Source: a virus (Duplodnaviria; Caudoviricetes). Taken from it: DNA of 63,270 nucleotides. The DNA lies in IMG/VR virus record IMGVR_UViG_3300024264_002146, positions 1 to 63,270 of that record. One strand, written 5' to 3'. Position 1 is the stretch's first letter; every line of letters begins with the position of its first letter. Under the pieces are notes generated by a model, which was given only the letters and a program-made list of their open reading frames with translations, had not been told where the DNA came from and made no database searches. The position numbers and the translations under genes are program-made. This document shows, in pieces, positions 10,501 through 18,200 of the stretch.

Positions 10501-11121
10501 ATGAATATGAATTTTAACGTACCAATTACAGACGAACCATACACTAGTAGTACTAGTGAAAATAAAACTGTTGCAGCAGAATATTATGGATCACCATATA
10601 TAGTTATAGGTGTTGACCCTAGTAATTCAGCAGTAATGAGTGTTGATAGAGAAGCTGAGGAAGCAATGGATATGTCAGAGTTTGAAGACGATGTTCTTGA
10701 ATTTCATCTTATTGCAGTAAATGAGTCCAATGTATTAGCAGTAGCAAAACTAACTCATCAATTTACTAGTGAAGCTTCGGAATATACAGAGTCTTTGAAT
10801 GATGACGAGACATATACTTACCCATATGATGCTAATAATGTATTTAATGATGTGTATAATAATGATCACCTGACTTATGATGCAGATAGTGGTGCATTCA
10901 CAATGCCGGGCTTCTTAACACACGGCGTCAGCACAGAAGATTTTTGGACATCCATTACTGAAAGAAAAGAAGAGTTTAAAGTTATTCAAGCAGCCGGAAC
11001 TTTAAATGAAGATCAACAAACCGCAGTCGATGCTTATGTTGATTGGATGGAAAATGCACCTACTAAATACGACGGTGTAGCGCATTGGAAAATTCCATTT
11101 CCTAACAGTCCAGAAGTATAA
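10501..11121 (+). CDS. Acidic hypothetical protein, possible tail-fibre assembly chaperone
   Basis: 206 aa, no Cys, directly after the fibre-like paralogues. The C-terminal helix plus WKIPFP.SP resembles Tfa chaperone ends (inference). Confidence 0.45.
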   Translation: MNMNFNVPITDEPYTSSTSENKTVAAEYYGSPYIVIGVDPSNSAVMSVDREAEEAMDMSEFEDDVLEFHLIAVNESNVLAVAKLTHQFTSEASEYTESLNDDETYTYPYDANNVFNDVYNNDHLTYDADSGAFTMPGFLTHGVSTEDFWTSITERKEEFKVIQAAGTLNEDQQTAVDAYVDWMENAPTKYDGVAHWKIPFPNSPEV

Positions 11122-11131
11122 AGCCACTTTT

Positions 11132-11211
11132 AAAAAAGCTTTTGATCTAGATCAATAAGTAATTTTATACATTTGTTATAGGAATTACTTAATGAGATCA
11201 AAAGCTTTTTT
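11132..11211 (+). promoter_or_regulatory. Long hairpin sequestering the RBS and start codon of the GT gene, with an embedded late-promoter variant (ATAAGTA 11155-11161)
   Basis: Perfect 17-bp inverted repeat AAAAAAGCTTTTGATCT (11132-11148) / AGATCAAAAGCTTTTTT (11195-11211), enclosing an inner stem TAAGTAATT / AATTACTTA (11156-11191). Confidence 0.7.
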
Positions 11212-12133
11212 TGTGAACGGCGGCTACGGTAGAGTTGTTTGTTCAATACCAGCATTCGAAAAATATGCAGAAGAATCGGGAGACAATGATTTTATCATTG
11301 TGTGCGAAGGCGGCACCGATGCGTTCAAGGGCCATCCAATACTTGATGAAAGAGCATATGATATTTGGCACAAAAATTTATTTAGAGAAAAAATAAAAGA
11401 CAGAGAATGTGTTACTACAGAGCCCTATAGAGTTTGGGAATATTATAATCAAGAATGTAGTCTTACTCAAGCATTTGATATTCAAATAAACGATAAAGGT
11501 ATTAGAGAACTTCCTAAGACCAAATTATATCTATCAAAAGAAGAACTGTTAGTTGGAAAACAGATCGTAGATGAAGTAAAAGAAAAACTTAAAAAAGACA
11601 AGGTCATCTGTATTCAACCATTTGGCCGCAGCTCTACAGTTAATAATAATACATTCATGGATAGTAGCGGAAGAAGTATAGAATATAAAGATCTAAAATC
11701 TATAATAAAAAAATTACAGAAAGAAAAGTTTGCTGTAGTTATAATGAGTGAATACAAATTTGACTTTTCTAAAGACGGATTTGCAGACGAAGTAGCAATG
11801 CCTGATAATGTTAGTCTAAGACAATGGGCTTCAGTTATAAAGAATTGCGATCACTTCCTTGGATGTGATAGTGTTGGTCAGCATTTATCATATCAAGCAG
11901 AAACACTAACCACAATTGTAATAGGATCAACATTTCCTGTAAATGTTAGCTATCCGGACTGTGAGTATTTTAATATTATTGATCTAGGTATGCATGACAG
12001 AGTATACGATCCAATCAGAATATTACCCGATGAATATACATCAAGAAAAAATGAAAACATCATGTATATGAGTGCAGAAATACAAGACTACGTAGTAGAC
12101 ACTGTACTAGGAAAAAACCCAGAAACAAAATAA
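11192..12133 (+). CDS. GT-B glycosyltransferase, GT9 (heptosyltransferase)-like
   Basis: N-terminal GGYGRVVCSIPA and C-terminal CDHFLGCDSVGQHL resemble the GT9 GDxxxxxP and xxFIGxDSGxxHL motifs. Confidence 0.65.
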   Translation: MRSKAFFVNGGYGRVVCSIPAFEKYAEESGDNDFIIVCEGGTDAFKGHPILDERAYDIWHKNLFREKIKDRECVTTEPYRVWEYYNQECSLTQAFDIQINDKGIRELPKTKLYLSKEELLVGKQIVDEVKEKLKKDKVICIQPFGRSSTVNNNTFMDSSGRSIEYKDLKSIIKKLQKEKFAVVIMSEYKFDFSKDGFADEVAMPDNVSLRQWASVIKNCDHFLGCDSVGQHLSYQAETLTTIVIGSTFPVNVSYPDCEYFNIIDLGMHDRVYDPIRILPDEYTSRKNENIMYMSAEIQDYVVDTVLGKNPETK

Positions 12134-12157
12134 TCTATTGAGGAAATTAAAAACACT

Positions 12158-13945
12158 ATGGAAAACAACACAGGTTATATTGCTGCAATAGCACGAGGAC
12201 ACAATGCAGGAGTTTGTCTTTTAAAAGATGGAGAAATTATTTTTTCTATTGAAGAAGAGAGATTAACTCGGCAAAAATATGATGGCGGCCCGTATGCAAG
12301 TATGTTAAAAATATTAGAGTATACAGATAAAATTGATTATCTTGTAGTAGCGCATACGCAAGGACTTAACGATACAGCAGGCAAAGTAGATTTTAGTGGC
12401 GATGATGTATATACAGGACTAGCCCGCAAGTTAGGACTTATATCTCGTAAAGAAAATAATCACGAGCATCCTCAAGTAATAGATTTGAGTCACATACATC
12501 ATAGATTACACGCTGCATGTGCATTTTATAGAAGCGGATTTGATGAAGCAACAGCAGTAATTGTAGACGGCGCTGGCACATTTATGCCAATGAATGTAAA
12601 CGGAGAAGAGACAATAGGCTGGGAAACAGAAACAGTATTTGAATGTAAATATCCAGATGCAATAAAAACTGTATACAAGCACATTGGCACTCGAGGTCCG
12701 CACTATGGCGGCAAACTTCAAATATCCGAAGGTGACAGCGAATATACAGCATTTTTATCAGATACTGCTGGTATTGTAAAGGCATATGAAGCTGCAACAC
12801 AATATTGCGGATTTAGTGCAATTGAAGCTGGAAAAACTATGGGGTTATTTCCGTATGGAGAAGAAAATCCTAATATTCCAAAAATGTTTAATTATGACAG
12901 CATTATTCCTACAACTAATAGAAATTTAATTATACCTACATATCCAAATGCTGGAGCAATAAATGCTGGTCATTATGCAGAATTAGAAACAAAAGAAGAA
13001 GATTTTGTAGACGCAGATCTTACAACATTCCAAAATAGAAGAGATATTGCTTATGCTGTACAAACTCAGACACAGGATAGAGTAACACAGTTAATTAAAG
13101 AAGCTGTAGAAATGACAGGTATTAAAAATGTTGTTATAAGTGGCGGTTATGGGTTAAATTGTGTTGCTAATTATCACTATTTAAAAGAGTTAGATGATGA
13201 TATAAAGATATACGCAGAACCTATATCAAATGATGCTGGCACAGCATTAGGAGCAGCATTATTATATCATAAAGCTAGAGCGCAAGATGAAACAGTAATG
13301 CAACGATCAGACGATCTATATCTAGGACCAAAATACGAATATTCAACAAAGGAAATATATAGCTTAGGAAAGAGTTACAGCGCAGAAATAGAAGATGCTG
13401 ACCATGAAAAAGTTATTGATCTAATAACATCAAAAAACATTGTTTCTGTATTCCAAGGTCGATCAGAAAATGGTCCTAGAGCGTTAGGTAATAGAAGTAT
13501 ACTATATGATCCTACAGATCCTAAAGGTAAGGATCATGTAAACACAATAAAACGTCGCGAATACTTCCGTCCATTTGCAGGCAGTATACTAGAAGAAGAT
13601 GTACACGAATGGTTTGACTTACGTGGTATGGAAAGTTCACCAACGATGATGTATGCCGTAAATTGCCAACCAGGTATTGAAGAAAAGATTCCAGCTATTA
13701 TTCATGTTGACGGAACGTGTCGTATTCAAACTGTAAATAGAGATCAGAATCCTCATTACTATGATATTATCAAAGCATTTAAAGAGCGCACAGGATGTCC
13801 GATTATATTTAATACTAGCTTTAACTTAGGCGGCGAGCCGTTAGTAGAAACACTTGAAGATGCATTGTGGACATTACAGCAAAGTGATATAGAATATTTG
13901 TATCTACCAGAATACGGAAAGCTACTTACTATTAAAAACAAATAA
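12158..13945 (+). CDS. Carbamoyltransferase, NodU/CmcH/TobZ family
   Basis: EEERLTR, HHRLHA, DGAG, GKTMGL, GGYGLNCVAN, DAGTALGAA, GPRALGNRSIL, RPFA, HVDGTCRIQTV and NTSFN motifs all present. Confidence 0.95.
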   Translation: MENNTGYIAAIARGHNAGVCLLKDGEIIFSIEEERLTRQKYDGGPYASMLKILEYTDKIDYLVVAHTQGLNDTAGKVDFSGDDVYTGLARKLGLISRKENNHEHPQVIDLSHIHHRLHAACAFYRSGFDEATAVIVDGAGTFMPMNVNGEETIGWETETVFECKYPDAIKTVYKHIGTRGPHYGGKLQISEGDSEYTAFLSDTAGIVKAYEAATQYCGFSAIEAGKTMGLFPYGEENPNIPKMFNYDSIIPTTNRNLIIPTYPNAGAINAGHYAELETKEEDFVDADLTTFQNRRDIAYAVQTQTQDRVTQLIKEAVEMTGIKNVVISGGYGLNCVANYHYLKELDDDIKIYAEPISNDAGTALGAALLYHKARAQDETVMQRSDDLYLGPKYEYSTKEIYSLGKSYSAEIEDADHEKVIDLITSKNIVSVFQGRSENGPRALGNRSILYDPTDPKGKDHVNTIKRREYFRPFAGSILEEDVHEWFDLRGMESSPTMMYAVNCQPGIEEKIPAIIHVDGTCRIQTVNRDQNPHYYDIIKAFKERTGCPIIFNTSFNLGGEPLVETLEDALWTLQQSDIEYLYLPEYGKLLTIKNK

Positions 13946-13948
13946 ATA
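13941..13948 (+). promoter_or_regulatory. Late promoter box (AATAAATA)
   Basis: Overlaps a stop codon and precedes the RBS of 13974. Confidence 0.55.
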
Positions 13949-13973
13949 CTAATAACAATATTAGGAAAAACAA

Positions 13974-14366
13974 ATGTTTAACATAGCAAAGTATATTACT
14001 AGTGGATTACAAAATACGCTTTTATTAAAAAATAATTCGGGATTTTCCTATGGAGGTCCGTGGAAGGGTGTTATTGATGATACACTTGTAGATAGGTGGC
14101 ATGTAGGAGATTTTGTATCTGCAGAATATACTATAAGTGTTGAATATGATACAGACAATAGAGAAATCTTAAAGTGTTTAGTAGTAGCTTCAGCAGGCCA
14201 AGCAAAACTCAATGTTTACTCAAGATTATCTACAAATACAGAACTAGTAGAAATACGTGCTATAGTAAATGACAGTTATGTTGATGTTTTTGCTAGTCCT
14301 AAATCCACAAAACTGCAAGGATCTAAATTAATATTTACGGCAAAGTATTTTACCAGTCAAAATTAG
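13974..14366 (+). CDS. Hypothetical beta-rich virion protein
   Basis: 130 aa, AGGA RBS, structural cluster. Confidence 0.6.
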   Translation: MFNIAKYITSGLQNTLLLKNNSGFSYGGPWKGVIDDTLVDRWHVGDFVSAEYTISVEYDTDNREILKCLVVASAGQAKLNVYSRLSTNTELVEIRAIVNDSYVDVFASPKSTKLQGSKLIFTAKYFTSQN

Positions 14367-14381
14367 ATTTGATCTTTTTTA

Positions 14382-14389
14382 GGTAAATA
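14382..14389 (+). promoter_or_regulatory. Late promoter box (GGTAAATA)
   Basis: Intergenic, upstream of an AGGAG RBS. Confidence 0.55.
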
Positions 14390-14406
14390 CTATGCAGGAG
14401 TAGATA

Positions 14407-15219
14407 ATGAAGAACGCAACTAATTCACCATATCATTCAGATTTTGGATTCAACAGCCCCGGGTTTACTGTGGATGCGCAAGGTAATATTGTCGCAACAT
14501 CTATTTCATTATCTACATCAACAGATACTCTTATAGGTGATTTTGAATTTACTGATAACGAAACTAGTTTTGGAATTGTAGGTATAGAAGGATTTTCTCC
14601 TTCCATTAACTTAGCTAGGGGAGAAAGTTACACACTAGAACTTTCTCTAACATCATTTGCATTTGAACTAGTAAAAGCTAACGAATCAGAATATGTAGAT
14701 TTTACTGTAAACCACAGTGACGGATCTACGGGAAATGATGCACAAGGAAAAACTTCTGGATTATTGAGTTTTACAATCCCTCAAAACTACATCGACGATA
14801 CAATTATATATAGAAATGTTGGATCAAACGTCAAAGGGACTATAAATGTAATTGATCCAGTAGGACTTTTTAGTTCAGTCAACGTCACAGACATAATAGA
14901 TTCGAATAGCCCCGAAACAGGTTCTTTACTTGTTACAGGCGGCGTCGGAATCAAACAAAATTTAACAGTAGGTGGCGAACTTAACATTTCAAACTTGTCT
15001 GTCTATAATGAAACTATAAATGTTTTGGCATCAGACTCAAGTTTGTTAGGAACTATCGATAATCAAGGATCTAGCATTCCTGTAAAAGATACTACAATTA
15101 TAAATACTTCCTTATCGTCGTCAACAATAACTACCACACCAACGCAAGCAAATGATATTACAAATAAAACATATGTAGATTCTACAGTGTCTGCACTGGC
15201 AATAGCACTAGGAACATAG
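14407..15219 (+). CDS. Putative virion structural/fibre protein
   Basis: 270 aa, Ser/Thr-rich; TGSLLVTGGVGI fibre-type repeat; NKTYVD coiled-coil-type end. Confidence 0.55.
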   Translation: MKNATNSPYHSDFGFNSPGFTVDAQGNIVATSISLSTSTDTLIGDFEFTDNETSFGIVGIEGFSPSINLARGESYTLELSLTSFAFELVKANESEYVDFTVNHSDGSTGNDAQGKTSGLLSFTIPQNYIDDTIIYRNVGSNVKGTINVIDPVGLFSSVNVTDIIDSNSPETGSLLVTGGVGIKQNLTVGGELNISNLSVYNETINVLASDSSLLGTIDNQGSSIPVKDTTIINTSLSSSTITTTPTQANDITNKTYVDSTVSALAIALGT

Positions 15220-15222
15220 AGA

Positions 15223-18200
15223 ATGGCAAAAACACAACTTAAAAATTATGTATACAAACCAGGATTAGCAGCAACCGATAATAGATATCCGGATGCGTAT
15301 AGCCTAATACTGCAAAACAAAAGTTTTATACAAAAGGAAAGTGCAGCATGGATACAAGATCAAATTGATGCAAGCACAGCAGGATTTGTAGGTTATACAT
15401 ACAATCAAGAAAAATGTGAAAGAGATGTTGGGTATAACATAGACGCATATCTATTAGATATTAGATATGGAGGAAATGAAAATACCTACAACACTATAAA
15501 ATATTATTGGGATCAAGATGTTGCACAAATTGACGGCGATAGACAGCCAGAAATACAAACATATGGATTTATAAAGACTTTAATTAATACTTATATTTTA
15601 CAAAATACGTCATATAGTGCATCAAATACAGAAGTTACTCAGACTTTAGATTTGACAAAAACAGCAGAAACTGATGCAATCGATGAAATAGATGCATTAT
15701 TAGACAACACAATTCAAGTAGTTACAAGCGGTCTTTCGAGCCTACCTACACTTGTAGATAATGGTGTAGGAAGAATAAAGGTGCAAGGACGTTACGATAC
15801 TGATGAATTATTATTAATTACTAATACTACAAAAAATGAAATAATATATAACTTTAGTAATCCTACTACAGGCGGCTTTGTAACACTAAAAACTGATAGT
15901 GTAAATGAAGATAAAGATTTTTTAAAGTATTTGCAAACAACTGACGCTATAACAACTATTACTTTAAATTACGACACAAGTAGTCATTCATCTACTGATG
16001 ATATACAAATTTTTGTAGAAAAAATAGAAAATGGCAAAAGTGTTGTAACAACTAGACCATATGATTTTGGAACAGATGCAATTGAACGTATGCGTATTGC
16101 TCCTCCATTAAGTATGCTTGATGCTGACTTTGAGTACGGATTACAGCCTACAAAGTGGGCAGCAATATCAACAATGCGTGGCTATCCTAGTATTTACGAA
16201 GTTCCAGGAACAGATACAAGTGTTCTAAGTGTTATAACTGACGCAAGTGCAGGGACTAGTGGCGTAGGACAATCTTTAATTACTGTTACAACTGTATCTC
16301 CACATGGTTTTGTAGAAGGAGATCCAATTACAATAAAAGCATTAGAAGATAGTGTTGTTGGTGCAGCTAGAGCAGAAGGGTCGTTTATAATTGTTGATGT
16401 CCCCTCAGATAGAACATTTACGTTCTTTGCAAAGTCAAAGGTTGGAGAAAACGACGGAGATATATTATCGACAACTTACACACAACTTAGGAAAGCCGGC
16501 TTTTATACTGGTGCAACTATAGGTAATCCTACTTTTTCTGTACTAAGTAACGGAAGCTCCGGCACAATGGTTACAGAGTTAGGAACTGCCGCAGGATCAG
16601 ATAGAATTGCATTTGACGGCAATGCTCCAGAAATTGGATCTCCAATTACAGATGCAAGTAACGCAATTCCTGTAGGCGCCCAAGTTACAGGCGTTAGAAC
16701 TACAAGTTCAGGAGGAGGAACATATATAACTCCTACTATTGAAGGCGATTACGGTCCTGGAGCAACATCTATACAAGTAACAGATTCAACCGGTGTTGTA
16801 CAAGATTTAGCATTAGATTCCGGCACAGGAACAGCAGTATATGTTAGTTCTGTAGCAGGAAACACAATTAATTTATCCAATCCCCTTACAGCTTCTCTTA
16901 CAGGAAATACAACTACGTATACTGCTGTCGAAGGTTTGAATCAAACAGGCGTAGGTGTAGATGCAGAATTTGATGTAAGTAGAGCATCTGGCAGCTATAC
17001 AATTGATGCAATCAGTAATAGTGGTTCAAATTATGAAATAGGTGACAGGATATTAGTTGCAGGTACACTTTTAGGCGGATTATCTCCTGATAATGATTTA
17101 GTAGTTATTGTTGATACCGTACTTGGAAGCGGTGCTGTAGAAACTTTTAGTACAGAAGGCACAGCGTTTACTGGCACGTTAACACTTCCTGGAATTACAG
17201 CACCGCCTGCGGAAGGCGGCGCAGGATCGGGTGCTAGATTCAATGTTACAATAGATAACGGAAGTTTTGATGTTACTTTAGCTACTGGCCCTAACGACGA
17301 TGATAGTACAGGTTATTCAGTTACCGATCAAGTTATTATAGCAGGCGACGAATTTCCAGGAGGATTTAGTCCAGCTAACGATTTAATTATACAAGTAACA
17401 GCAATTACTTCAGGCGGAGCAATTGATACATTTACTGTGTCGGGCACTGCTCCGGATGCTAGTGCTACAATAACTAATCCGCCTATTGCTAGTACAACAA
17501 CAGTAGCTGGTTCAAACGCAGCTTACGATGTAACAATTACTGGCAGTGTGTATAGTGTAACTAGAACAAATGACGGTATTAACTATTTGCCTACAGAAGA
17601 GATAGTAATATCTGGTGCAGAATTAGGAGGTACAAGTCCAACTAATGATTTAACAATAACTATCGATAATGTAGACGGGACTGGAGCAATTACTGCTGAG
17701 AGTGCATCAGGCGTTGCAACAGGAATTTTGCCTGTAGGTGATTTTGATGCATCTAACTTAATAGGTTCTGGTTTAACTTTTAATGTTGGATTAGATGCAG
17801 GAACATACAGTGTTGTAGTAGCAGATACAGGAACCAATTATGGTATTGGCCAAGAAATAATTATTCCCGGTAGTAGTCTAGTCGGAGAAGACGTGACTAA
17901 TAATCTAACTGTTACAATTAGCACACTTATAGGAGAAAACGGCGTAGATGCTATTACATCGTCAGGCACTGCTGCAAGCGGCACAGCCAGCTATACTAGT
18001 GTTGCAGGATCAAATGATGCTCCTATAGGATCAAACGGAGAATTTACTATTCAAAGAACCGGCGGAACATACGGTTCGATTACAATTACTAATGGTGGAA
18101 ATGGATATCAGATAGGTAATAGGATAAAAATTATTGGAGGCCAATTGGGAGGCCAATCTCCCCAGAATGATTTAATACTTCGAGTAACGGGAGCAGTAGC

